Shown: in pieces, positions 52,238 to 61,938 of the stretch
Layout: every line of letters starts with the position of its first letter
Numbering within the stretch: the first letter of the stretch is position 1
Origin: Candidatus Omnitrophota bacterium
Lineage (GTDB): Bacteria > Omnitrophota > Gorgyraeia > Tantalellales > Tantalellaceae
Assembly (NCBI GenBank): GCA_034723315.1
Contig: JAYEOV010000055.1
Span: 507 to 64,506, forward strand
Length of the DNA stretch: 64,000 nucleotides
Direction: 5' to 3'
The notes under the pieces: generated by a model
What the model was told of the DNA's origin: nothing
Database searches by the model: none
What the model saw: the letters and a program-made list of their open reading frames with translations, nothing else
Position numbers and translations under genes: made by a program

Positions 52238-52301
52238 TCTGTGATCTGTTATCTGTGATCTGTAATCGGGCACCTTCCACTCATCACAGATCACACATCA
52301 C
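52238..52301. repeat. Inverted heptamer hairpin (TCTGTGA)n/(TCACAGA)n between nusG and rplK
   Basis: TCTGTGA TCTGTTA TCTGTGA TCTGTAA ... TCACAGA TCACACA TCAC. Confidence 0.85.
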
Positions 52302-52322
52302 TACTTTTTATTCATCCGAAGG

Positions 52323-52856
52323 CTAAATTTTCTCTATCTGCCAGGTCTCGAGTTCCACGGGAGTGGGCCTGCCAAAGATCGATATCATCACCTTGATCTT
52401 GCCCTTTTCGAGGTTCGTTTCCTCTATGGTGCCGTTGAAGTTCTTGAATGGACCGTCCTTGACCCTGACAGCTTCCCCTTGGTCGAACATGACCTTCGGG
52501 ACAGGTTTCTCTTTCGCTTCCTTTGTCTGCTTCAGTATCTCCTCTATTTCTTCCTCCGCAAGAGGCACAGGTCTTGTCCTGGTCCCGACAAACCCGGTCA
52601 CTCCCGGCGTGTCCTTGACAAGGTACCAGCTCTTGTCGTTGATCTCCATCTCGATAAGTAAATACCCCGGGAAAAATTTTCTTTCCGAGATCTTTTTCTC
52701 CCCTTGTCTTACCTCCGCCACCTTCTCCGTAGGGATCAGTATGCTGCCAATATACTTCTTTTTTCCCGGATCGTTCTCAAGCCGATTCTCAAGCGCCTTT
52801 TTTACAGTCGATTCTTTCCCGGTCAAAGTATGGAGTACATACCATTTCTTAGCCAT
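52323..52856 (-). CDS. nusG: Transcription termination/antitermination factor NusG
   Basis: WYVLHT, FFPGY, TPGVTGFVG, DGPFKNF, IFGRPTPVEL. Confidence 0.98.
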   Translation of the reverse strand: MAKKWYVLHTLTGKESTVKKALENRLENDPGKKKYIGSILIPTEKVAEVRQGEKKISERKFFPGYLLIEMEINDKSWYLVKDTPGVTGFVGTRTRPVPLAEEEIEEILKQTKEAKEKPVPKVMFDQGEAVRVKDGPFKNFNGTIEETNLEKGKIKVMISIFGRPTPVELETWQIEKI

Positions 52857-53047
52857 CAGAAAACCCCTCTTATCAAAAAGTTAATGATCCGCGAAAGCAC
52901 CAGGTCGCACATGCCTATGAACGCTGCCAGTATCATGGTCGAAACCAGGACAACCAGGGTAGAACTTAAGAGTTCTTGTTTGCTCGGCCAGGAGACCTTT
53001 TTCATCTCCGTCCTTACCTGGCCGATAAATTTGCCGAATTTTATCAT
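52856..53047 (-). CDS. secE: Preprotein translocase SecE
   Basis: EMKKVSWP plus one TM helix; directly upstream of nusG. Confidence 0.95.
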   Translation of the reverse strand: MIKFGKFIGQVRTEMKKVSWPSKQELLSSTLVVLVSTMILAAFIGMCDLVLSRIINFLIRGVF

Positions 53048-53105
53048 GACGTGCCTGCGCGTTTTTTAAATTTGCTACTATTTATCTGAACTTTTAATAT
53101 TTTCC

Positions 53106-53181
53106 TGGCAGGAGAGACAGGCCTTGAACCTGCAACCCCCGGTTTTGGAGACCGGTGCTCTGCCAATTGAGCTACTCTCCT
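53106..53181 (-). tRNA. tRNA-Trp (CCA)
   Basis: Cloverleaf with anticodon arm CCGGT-CTCCAAA-ACCGG, GGTTCAAG T-loop, encoded CCA end; canonical position before secE. Confidence 0.96.
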
Positions 53182-53224
53182 ATTTTTAATGGACTCCGTT
53201 AGAAAAACATTTTCTAGCGGGGTT

Positions 53225-53280
53225 AATTCCGGCCTCACAACTTATATTCGATCATCTCCATAAGTTGCGACCTCATTTTA
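53225..53280 (-). repeat. AATGAG-stem palindrome overlapping the rpmG stop codon
   Basis: Minus AAAATGAGGTCGCAACTTATGGA...ATAAGTTGTGAGGCCGGAATT, homologous to the units at 28150-28445. Confidence 0.8.
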
Positions 53281-53440
53281 CTTCCTTGTGCAGTGTATGT
53301 TTGCGTTCAAACCTGCAGTATTTCTTGCGTTCCATGCGGTCGGGATTATTCACCCTGTTCTTCCTCGTTGTATAATTTTGTCTCTTGCAGCTCTCGCACC
53401 GCAGAGTGATCGTTTCCGTCGCCGCCTTCTTCTTCGCCAT
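53273..53440 (-). CDS. rpmG: 50S ribosomal protein L33 (absent from the ORF track)
   Basis: Manual translation [55 protein letters not shown]. Confidence 0.96.
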   Translation of the reverse strand: MAKKKAATETITLRCESCKRQNYTTRKNRVNNPDRMERKKYCRFERKHTLHKEVK

Positions 53441-53505
53441 GTCTTTCCTTAAGTTTTATCGCTCCGGGTATCTCGTATCTCGATCCACGAGTCACGATCC
53501 ACGAC

Positions 53506-54702
<1,197 letters not shown>

Positions 54703-54798
54703 TTTTACCTCCTTAAAAAAAGCCTTGGGATTTGAAGTGAAATTCCCTAAAACTCTTATATCGATCTTCCCAGCACAACGGCGGGAAAAATCCATCAG

Positions 54799-54874
54799 TG
54801 GAGCCCACGGGCGGAATCGAACCGCCGACCCCATCCTTACCATGGATGTGCTCTACCAGCTGAGCTACATGGGC
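54799..54874 (-). tRNA. tRNA-Thr (GGT)
   Basis: GCCCATG acceptor, anticodon arm CATCC-ATGGTAA-GGATG, GGTTCGATT T-loop, CCA end. Confidence 0.96.
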
Positions 54875-54880
54875 CAACAC

Positions 54881-55015
54881 TTGACAACTCCCCACAGCTA
54901 AAGCAAGGGGCTTCTCCATCTTAATACCGTTACCGACTTTCGTGTTTGGAGTTCCTGCTTCGCTGTGGAAGCCAGGGCTCCCACTCCACAGGCTATCACC
55001 GAATGCCCTCCGGCT
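54881..55015 (-). ncRNA. TnpB-type omegaRNA (reRNA) scaffold / IS200-IS605 right end with no tnpB ORF
   Basis: Minus GCCTGTGGAG...GAAGCAGGAA...GAAGCCCCTTGCTTTAGCTGTGGGGAGTTGTCAA; one frame reads the TnpB-tail-like AGGHSVIACG..KQE; TGATAGC can pair with the terminal GTTGTCA. Confidence 0.7.
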
Positions 55016-55195
55016 TGCTGCATCATACAACTACTAAGTGCCGATATTTCATATCAAACGCCTTATTTCCCCATTGCTGAAACAAGAGACTTTACGGCGT
55101 TTTCTGGTAAATACGAAAAAATGAATAATATACATTGAATATGAAACTAAACTCCACCATTAGCTTGACTTATGCCAGCTTCTGGTAAGAGTTAA
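54881..55195 (-). mobile_element. Non-autonomous, internally deleted IS200/IS605 derivative
   Basis: Putative left-end hairpin 55151-55192, TnpA-N-terminus-like remnant YSMYIIHFFVFTRKRRKV (~55088-55141), right end at 54881. Confidence 0.55.
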
Positions 55196-55247
55196 TCAGT
55201 TAATTATGCGTATATTCCGTACTTTACATAGAGATGTCGGAATATTG

Positions 55248-55275
55248 ATTTTATCAAAAAAGCTTTTTATGTCAA
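55248..55275 (-). promoter_or_regulatory. Sigma70-type promoter for the tRNA-Thr/tuf operon
   Basis: TTGACA-16 nt-TAAAAT with an AT-rich upstream region. Confidence 0.7.
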
Positions 55276-55291
55276 GCAGTATTTGGAAAAA

Positions 55292-55451
55292 TTTTAGGGA
55301 CGTCCTCCTCGGCACCATCCTGTCTATTTAAAATCGCAAAAAATCAAAAAAAATCAACATATTTGAAGTAGGAATCCAAAACCACTAAAACCACTTAAAA
55401 AGCTCACAATATTATATTTGTAGGGTGGTACCGAATAGGGCGTCCCCAAAA
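55292..55451. mobile_element. MITE-like element with ~31-bp imperfect terminal inverted repeats
   Basis: TTTTAGGGACGTCCTCCTCGGCACCATCCTG versus TAGGGTGGTACCGAATAGGGCGTCCCCAAAA; AT-rich interior. Confidence 0.5.
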
Positions 55452-55649
55452 GAGTGTAGCGAACGATGGGATCTTACTTCGTCCCTCTTCCGATCCCAAA
55501 CTCGCTGTTGATATTTGAGCGAGAAAATGAGGAAAATATCTTTTTTACTCAATTTCGAGCGAAAATATCAAAAAAAGCAAACACGAATATGTTTGCTTTT
55601 TAACAAAATTTTTTCTATCCTATTGCTTGGATTGCTTAGAGAAAAAATT

Positions 55650-55723
55650 TGGAGCGAGCGATGGGAATCGAACCCACATAGGAAGCTTGGAAGGCTTCTG
55701 CACTACCACTGTGCTACGCTCGC
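55650..55723 (-). tRNA. tRNA-Gly (TCC)
   Basis: GCGAGCG acceptor, anticodon arm GAAGC-CTTCCAA-GCTTC, GGTTCGATT T-loop, CCA end. Confidence 0.96.
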
Positions 55724-55808
55724 CTCTGTACTTGAAGGTCCAAAATACAAAAGATACTTTTCTCTTTCATGATCTATCATCACGGTCGTTTGCCCCCTTA
55801 CTTCAAGG

Positions 55809-56669
55809 CTATTTTAACGTTTTAGGTATATCCACGGTATCCACCGCGCTGTTTTTCATCAGATTATAGACATCCAGAACGTTCCGCATGGCTGCCTTTT
55901 CTTCTCCCGTTATCGTTCTATCAGCAAAGGCTCTCTTCCCTCTATACCTTAGCACCGTTTCGGGTGATGATATGATCTGTCTAACCATTTCCTCTATTTG
56001 CGCAGTAACCGGCCTGTTATCCAGTTCGGCCACCACTCCGCCTCCGAGGGCTTCCCTCTTAACGTCAACAGGCTCCAGGACAAACCTCTCTTTATCCGTC
56101 CAGACAACATAAGACTCTATGAACAGCCAGTCATTCCCGATATATCTTAATTCCAGGCGAAGCTCCGGCTTTTCCGCATCTTTCTTTTCAATATACAGGT
56201 TAATGAATTGCCTTGCGACGGCATCGCCGTCCTCATACCATGTGACGCCTTCTATCTCGTCCCTTGCGATCTCCATGCTCTCTAACGCTTTTCCCAGCTC
56301 TACCCTGTTCTGGACGGATCTCTGTTCTATCAAGGTTTTCACTCTGACCAGTATCTCTTTTCCGCGTTTTGCCTCTTTTGATAAAGGATGTTTCACCAGC
56401 AGTATCTCCAGGTTTTTTTTTGCTCCTTCGTGATCCTCGGACTCATAGAACTCTATCGCTTCTTCCAGCAAACTTTTCGCGCTGTATTTGACCTTCTCCA
56501 GTTCTTTCTTCAACAAAACATTCTCCTCTTCCAGGGATCTTACATCCTCTCTTAGATCTTTATTCTTCCTGGCCAGGGTGCGGGATGCCTGTCCTGACGG
56601 ACGGCATCCGCACAGAAATACCAGCGTAATCAATAACAGCGTAAAAAAACTTCTCATGTGCCTCATCAT
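55809..56669 (-). CDS. Hypothetical lipoprotein (coiled coil, TPR-like helix pair, globular C-terminal domain)
   Basis: Lipobox-like LVFLCGC after MRSFFTLLL; heptad segment; start moved downstream of the ORF-track start. Confidence 0.7.
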   Translation of the reverse strand: MMRHMRSFFTLLLITLVFLCGCRPSGQASRTLARKNKDLREDVRSLEEENVLLKKELEKVKYSAKSLLEEAIEFYESEDHEGAKKNLEILLVKHPLSKEAKRGKEILVRVKTLIEQRSVQNRVELGKALESMEIARDEIEGVTWYEDGDAVARQFINLYIEKKDAEKPELRLELRYIGNDWLFIESYVVWTDKERFVLEPVDVKREALGGGVVAELDNRPVTAQIEEMVRQIISSPETVLRYRGKRAFADRTITGEEKAAMRNVLDVYNLMKNSAVDTVDIPKTLK

Positions 56670-56892
56670 GCCCTGCTCAGCAAAACGGCCCCGTTTTCTC
56701 TGCCTGTAACCCTGCTTTGCTCTTACCCGGCCGCTTCCGTGCCCTCTGTCCGTTCCCACGATGTTCCTGTCGCCAACGCGGTGATACCTGTTTTCCGTCC
56801 TGTCCACAAGCTACCCGTCGCCCGTATCATAAACCATTCTCCTGTTTCTCGTCCGGGTAACCCTCCGTAAAAAACACTACCCCTCACCATCG

Positions 56893-57687
56893 TCAGAACC
56901 CACAAATACGCATAATACCTTCATTATCCCCTTCCGTTCCCGACAGAAAAACACGCTGTCTCTCCCCCGCGGCATCGAACCAGAGCCTCTTAACAAGTTT
57001 TCCGCCGATATAAACGTTCAATCGAAATTTTCCGGTAAGGTCATCCCTGGAAAAATACCATTTATTGCCGAAATGGCCGTTCCCGAATTTTATCCTGTGT
57101 TCGGAGATCACGCTGTTAGTGCTGGAATAGAATTGCGGACCCAGGGCCCTTTTCGGAGGGCCGGGCAGATTGATGACCACCACAAGTTTTTCGCTGACAT
57201 CGTTGTCTGAATAATCAAACGTATATCCGAAATAATCTTTCCTGCCCTCTGTTGCAGGCACTTCCAGGCTGGTGGTCTCTTCCGTGACAACGATATCTTC
57301 GCCCGCGTCCATCTTTCCGAATTTGAAATTGTATATCCTTATATCCTTTTCGGGCTGCTTTTCCAGGATCTGGAGTAATCCCGATTCCTTCTCCCTGTAA
57401 TAACCCGAACGATATCCGGAATAAAAGCCGTCTTCCGCGGCTTTTAAATACTCCTCCGCTTCCTGATATTTTGCCACTGCCCGGAGTTCTTCGTGCTTGG
57501 GACTGATAACCTTTGTTTTCAAAATCTTGTAGCTGGCGCCAGGATCATACTTTTCCGCTTTCTTGCCCTCTTCATAACCCCGGGAATACCACTGGTCATA
57601 CCAGGTTTTATGCGAATCGGATTCCCCATAGCCCGCAGGGGGCAAGAGGATCAACACCGTCAAGATCACTGATATTATTTTTTTCAT
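56893..57687 (-). CDS. Hypothetical secreted protein
   Basis: Signal peptide MKKIISVILTVLILLPPAGYG; GYEEG/GFYSGYRSGY repeats; beta-rich C-terminus. Confidence 0.7.
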   Translation of the reverse strand: MKKIISVILTVLILLPPAGYGESDSHKTWYDQWYSRGYEEGKKAEKYDPGASYKILKTKVISPKHEELRAVAKYQEAEEYLKAAEDGFYSGYRSGYYREKESGLLQILEKQPEKDIRIYNFKFGKMDAGEDIVVTEETTSLEVPATEGRKDYFGYTFDYSDNDVSEKLVVVINLPGPPKRALGPQFYSSTNSVISEHRIKFGNGHFGNKWYFSRDDLTGKFRLNVYIGGKLVKRLWFDAAGERQRVFLSGTEGDNEGIMRICGF

Positions 57688-57987
57688 ATTATATATTTCC
57701 TTTTATCCTAAGTATATCGATTTCCCGATAAGTTTCAAGTCTCATGGCCTGTAAAGACACTATACACGATCCCGCCTGATGCTGCGCTACGGACCCTTCA
57801 TACGAGCCCTCCTTTACCCCGAACCATATGCCCCACACTTTAGCGTGGGAATGAATACCGTTAGAAATTAGATTTATAACGGGATGAATGCTTAGATAGC
57901 GTTCGGTACAGCCTCGAACCACATTGGGACCGGGGTCATTCATTATCCCATACTGTCATGAAGCCCCACGGGCAAGCAGTACCGCCC

Positions 57988-58329
57988 TTACCATCCTTTA
58001 CCTCTTGTCCTTATCAACAGGTAGACCGCCGTGGCGTATATCAAAAGAACGCTCAGCAACGACAGGTAAGACCACGCGGGCATTTTATCCCTTGATAACA
58101 GGACCAATCCGCTCATCATTATAAAGAAAAATACGGGTATAACGACACCCAACAACCTTCCCCTTCTCAAAACGGGGTCACCTTCGACCAGTGGGAACGC
58201 TACGAACAGTATTGCACTGCCGAGCAGCCATAAAAGAACGGCCCATATAAGGTAGCCCTCGGCGAAACAGATCCCGCCTATCACCGATAAAGTTATGACC
58301 GTAGCCCTGAACAGTATAGCCTTACCCAC
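57988..58329 (-). CDS. Hypothetical membrane protein (~4 TM)
   Basis: Hydrophobic segments; co-oriented and tightly packed with neighbours. Confidence 0.65.
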   Translation of the reverse strand: MGKAILFRATVITLSVIGGICFAEGYLIWAVLLWLLGSAILFVAFPLVEGDPVLRRGRLLGVVIPVFFFIMMSGLVLLSRDKMPAWSYLSLLSVLLIYATAVYLLIRTRGKGW

Positions 58330-58346
58330 GATACTCGTCTCTCTTT

Positions 58347-58652
58347 TCAGATGGTCTTCTCCCAGAAAGTGACCTCAGGCGGCCCGTCAAGAAGAATCCC
58401 TGTTTTTTTCGCGAACGCCCTGTAATAATCTTTTTCAATATACTTATCACGACCTTCCCTGCTGTCCCAGGTAGAATACAGCATAAAAAGCCCCTTGTCG
58501 TCGATTGATTGATGAACGTTGAAATCCACACACCCGTCCTCGGACTGGCTCGGCGCGACAAGCGAGACCAGTTCCTGTCCGAGCTTTTCCTCCATCCCGC
58601 CCTTAGCTTTCATGCGGGTAAGAACCACGAACTGTTTGCTTAAAAAAGCCAA
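58347..58652 (-). CDS. Antibiotic biosynthesis monooxygenase (ABM) family / putative quinol monooxygenase
   Basis: AKGGMEE, SQSEDGCVDFNVHQ, FMLYSTWDS; ~100 aa; SD present. Confidence 0.8.
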   Translation of the reverse strand: MAFLSKQFVVLTRMKAKGGMEEKLGQELVSLVAPSQSEDGCVDFNVHQSIDDKGLFMLYSTWDSREGRDKYIEKDYYRAFAKKTGILLDGPPEVTFWEKTI

Positions 58653-58662
58653 CTGTCCCTCC

Positions 58663-59250
58663 TTAAAATAGTCCCAGATGATATTTCTTCAATTTCGCGT
58701 CAAGTCCCTTCGCGTCACCCACCAGAGAGTCCAGTTTCCTCCAGAAATCCTTACCGTGGTTCTTTATCCGAGTATGCATGAGCTCGTGCAATATCACGTA
58801 TTCAGCAAGCTCGTCAGGCAACTGAGCCAATTTTACGTTAATGCTGATATTGTTCGCGCGAGAACAACTTCCCCATAAGGTCTTCTGGTTGCGAACGAAC
58901 AGCCTGTTAAAGATAAAACCGTGTTCACGGGCCAGTTCATCCACTCTGCCGAGGAGGTCTTCTTTCGCCCTGGTGCCGTCAACATCGGGTATCCTCCATG
59001 AAACGGAACGGTATTCCCGTTCGGCCTTTATCATCCTGCCCATGTGCTTCCGCACCCATGCCAGATTGGATCGAACTATCCTTTCGGCCTCCTCGAAGGA
59101 TATCCCATAAGGTATCGCGACGCGGACTCCCTTGAAAGGGATCACGAATATGTTCAGATGTTTTGACCTGGCGCTGCGTTCGAACAGAACGGACCCGGCC
59201 CCGTCTATTTCCCTGATCTCCGATCTTGCCATGGATAAAGCGACGTACAT
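58663..59250 (-). CDS. YgjP/DUF45-like M48 family metal-dependent hydrolase
   Basis: RNQKTLWGSCS, EYVILHELMH, NHGKDFW. Confidence 0.88.
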   Translation of the reverse strand: MYVALSMARSEIREIDGAGSVLFERSARSKHLNIFVIPFKGVRVAIPYGISFEEAERIVRSNLAWVRKHMGRMIKAEREYRSVSWRIPDVDGTRAKEDLLGRVDELAREHGFIFNRLFVRNQKTLWGSCSRANNISINVKLAQLPDELAEYVILHELMHTRIKNHGKDFWRKLDSLVGDAKGLDAKLKKYHLGLF

Positions 59251-59275
59251 GAGAGGTCAGACCCCTCATTGGTTA

Positions 59276-60037
59276 TTACTGTCCCATCATCTTTTCGACT
59301 GCTTCCCCCAGCATTTTTCCCGCCCCGGAAGAACCGAACAACTTTCCCGACACCTGGGACAACAAATTATCCGAAATGCCGCTTGTCAGCCTGTCAAGCT
59401 CAAAATCGGCAAGCTTTGATATGGTGGTCTTTGCCAGGGACTTCATCAGTATAAGGCTGACAAGTGACTGCAGATCCGTTATGTTCTCATATTTTTCGTT
59501 GATGTCAACGTCGAATTCATTAACCGAAGGCGCGCCCCCCTGCGAATAATCCTTGTAAATCACCTTCCCGACCTTGAGTTCAAGGGTATCGATCTGCAGC
59601 CGCATACCTGGCCCCTTCTTCCCCTCCTCGGGTTTGGCCTTCTCCGCCCCGCTGTCGCTGACAACCTTGAGGGAATCAAGATTGAGCTGCGCCCTCGAGT
59701 TTTTCTCAACGATAAACTCCTTCATGTTAATTTTCATGTCCTTAAAATGTATCTTTCCCCTGAAAAAAGCAGGAAGGTCATAGTGAACATATATCTCCGG
59801 CATGTCCAGCATCAACCTGTCTTTAAATCCTCTCGGGTTATGCAACTTCAACCCCTTGATATCTATAATGCCGCTAAAAATGCCTACTTCCATCCCGGAA
59901 ATGCTCAACTTAAGGCCCGTAACCCCCTGCACCACCTTTTCGACGGAAAACTTGATCATGTTATCTTTTACCGCCGATAATGCAAGAAGCACTGCCAGCA
60001 CGCCGATCAGCAAATACATCCATTTGTTCATCTTCAT
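59276..60037 (-). CDS. AsmA-like envelope protein
   Basis: N-terminal TM, VTGLKLSI, GLKLHNPRGF; beta-rich AsmA-type pattern. Confidence 0.7.
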   Translation of the reverse strand: MKMNKWMYLLIGVLAVLLALSAVKDNMIKFSVEKVVQGVTGLKLSISGMEVGIFSGIIDIKGLKLHNPRGFKDRLMLDMPEIYVHYDLPAFFRGKIHFKDMKINMKEFIVEKNSRAQLNLDSLKVVSDSGAEKAKPEEGKKGPGMRLQIDTLELKVGKVIYKDYSQGGAPSVNEFDVDINEKYENITDLQSLVSLILMKSLAKTTISKLADFELDRLTSGISDNLLSQVSGKLFGSSGAGKMLGEAVEKMMGQ

Positions 60038-60091
60038 GCCGCCTCCTTTTATTTCCAGTTATATAAAAAACTATAACCTCATGGTCACCGA

Positions 60092-60415
60092 TCAATCCAT
60101 GTCCCTCATGCTTTCACCCTCACTGGACATATACTCTCCCTCTCCCCTGTCCTGGACTATCTCTCCGCTGTCCGTCATGTATTCCCCGCCGCCGAGATCT
60201 TCCAACTGAACCATCTTTCCATCGCTCCCCAGGAACTGCCCGCCTCCCAGGTTCTGCAGGGTCTGGCCGTCACCTGTCATATAATATTTCCCGTCCAGCC
60301 CTTCATCGGATTCATTTGCGCCCGACGGGCCATTGTCAGCGAAACAATCCAGTTCCATGAGAAATAAGCATAGAAATGACACGATCAAAGCGATCAGTCC
60401 GACCGATCTTTTCAT
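60092..60415 (-). CDS. Small secreted acidic protein with Gly-rich beta-hairpin-like repeats
   Basis: Signal peptide; repeats NLGGGQFLGSDG, DLGGGEYMTDSG, DRGEGEYMSSEG. Confidence 0.7.
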   Translation of the reverse strand: MKRSVGLIALIVSFLCLFLMELDCFADNGPSGANESDEGLDGKYYMTGDGQTLQNLGGGQFLGSDGKMVQLEDLGGGEYMTDSGEIVQDRGEGEYMSSEGESMRDMD

Positions 60416-60435
60416 GTTGCTTCCTCCTTCGCTGC

Positions 60436-60771
60436 TTACGTTCTTACGGAAAAAACGTTCCTTATCAGAAGTATGATCGATATGCCGATAAAAAGCACGT
60501 ATGCTATCAAAAGCTCCACGTTCAGGGCAATATTCGTATCGGACATTATGCCTGCCCTCTTGGCATATTCAATCCCGAGAGCTACAAAGGCCAGGCAAAC
60601 GGTCAGGAAAAAGACGAACCTTTTTGCGTTTGCGTTCAGAACGCGCAAGGTCACAACGATTATCAGAAAAAGCAGAAAATGAGTTATGGGAAAGTGCGGG
60701 GTGATGATATCGAGGAACGATGCGAGTATTTGTTCTGAAAGGACCTTCCCCATCCTAACCCCGGCATACAC
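60436..60771 (-). CDS. Hypothetical membrane protein (~3 TM)
   Basis: Hydrophobic segments; AGGAGG SD. Confidence 0.65.
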   Translation of the reverse strand: MYAGVRMGKVLSEQILASFLDIITPHFPITHFLLFLIIVVTLRVLNANAKRFVFFLTVCLAFVALGIEYAKRAGIMSDTNIALNVELLIAYVLFIGISIILLIRNVFSVRT

Positions 60772-60785
60772 CCTCCTTAACCGCC

Positions 60786-61140
60786 TTATTCCCGAAAACC
60801 GGAATGGCCCCGATAAAAATCTTCATATGGTAAAGCGTGATCACTTTTTAACCTTTTCACTCCGCTTCTCCCTGACCTCCGCCTCATCTCGACCCGGAGC
60901 CCCTTCGGAAGTAATGATCTCGTCTTCGCCGCTCCCTGGTATCCTTTCGGATCCACAAACTTGTCATCCTCTTCTAGCATCGGCCTTTTGGGGATTCTCC
61001 GCATTTCCTCCCGGGCTTCTTACTCATAAGAAGAATCCACTTCCAGAGTGGCCCTTTCGATGTCTGGTTGAGAAAGAGCCATCACGGAACCCGTAAAAAT
61101 GAAAAGACCCATCACCAGGATTATTGTATCCCTTATTTGC
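60786..61140 (-). pseudogene. Probable degraded secreted-protein gene
   Basis: Signal-like IILVMGLFIFTGSVMA followed by an in-frame TAA; frameshifted segment GSGEDEIITSEG. Confidence 0.35.
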
Positions 61141-61161
61141 CTATCCTCTAAAGATCCTGTG

Positions 61162-61395
61162 TCAGGGTTTGATCCACTCTTTAATACCCCAGACGGCCGC
61201 CCTTATTATCACGTACACCAGCAGCCACGCGATGAGGTGCAGGACGAAAAGGTCCGAAAAAAACCTGGTATGGACATCTCCGTCAACGACAGTCCTGCTT
61301 ACGGAACTGTATATGCTTATCAGGATCACGATCAAACAGTAGCCCGCGAATATCCTGACTTCGCGGAGAAGGATCTTTCGTGTGCCGCTCTCCAT
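61162..61395 (-). CDS. Small hypothetical membrane protein (2 TM)
   Basis: Two hydrophobic segments; AAGGA SD. Confidence 0.55.
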   Translation of the reverse strand: MESGTRKILLREVRIFAGYCLIVILISIYSSVSRTVVDGDVHTRFFSDLFVLHLIAWLLVYVIIRAAVWGIKEWIKP

Positions 61396-61524
61396 AATCC
61401 TTTTTTTTCATTATCCATAACCGTACGAAGCAGACAAAAGGGCTTTTAAAAAACAACAGAGGTCCTATTTTATAAACAGAACCCCTGCTGTAGTGTGACA
61501 AACATGCGTTTTAAAAAACTGCAA

Positions 61525-61785
61525 TTATTGCATTAGGTATTTTTCACAATCCGGGCCTCTTCTCTTCACAAGTACGTCCGCGTCCTCGCGCAGAGACTCT
61601 CCCTTCACGATCTCAGAGGATTTACCCCAATTGGAAATGTGGTCCGATGCGCCCTGAAACGTCGGGGTATCAATATCCTTGCTCGCGGGCCTGTGTGTGG
61701 AACCTTTCGACGTATCGGCAGCAAAAGCGGAAACCGCACTTACGCAAAAGAGAACGGTTGTTAATACTGCTAAAACTTTTTTCAT
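61525..61785 (-). CDS. Small hypothetical secreted protein
   Basis: Signal peptide MKKVLAVLTTVLFCVSAVSAFA; G-rich SD. Confidence 0.7.
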   Translation of the reverse strand: MKKVLAVLTTVLFCVSAVSAFAADTSKGSTHRPASKDIDTPTFQGASDHISNWGKSSEIVKGESLREDADVLVKRRGPDCEKYLMQ

Positions 61786-61938
61786 GTCATAACCCCCTTT
61801 CATAGTTATTAAATTTAGAGTATTTTAGCACATATTTATTTAAAATTATACCAGTAATTTTGTAAAATTACGCTAGCTTTGAAACTCTTTTTTTCGCCGG
61901 GCTTATGTCAGATAAAATCCTCCACACTCTTCAATAAC

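Noticed and set aside
53044-53238. 64-aa ORF upstream of secE
   Set aside because: It overlaps tRNA-Trp.
54703-54843. N-terminally extended 445-aa EF-Tu
   Set aside because: The extension runs through tRNA-Thr; the SD and identity with the other copy put the start at 54702.
54713-55030. 105-aa minus-strand ORF
   Set aside because: It spans tRNA-Thr and the omegaRNA-like structure and shows no protein features.
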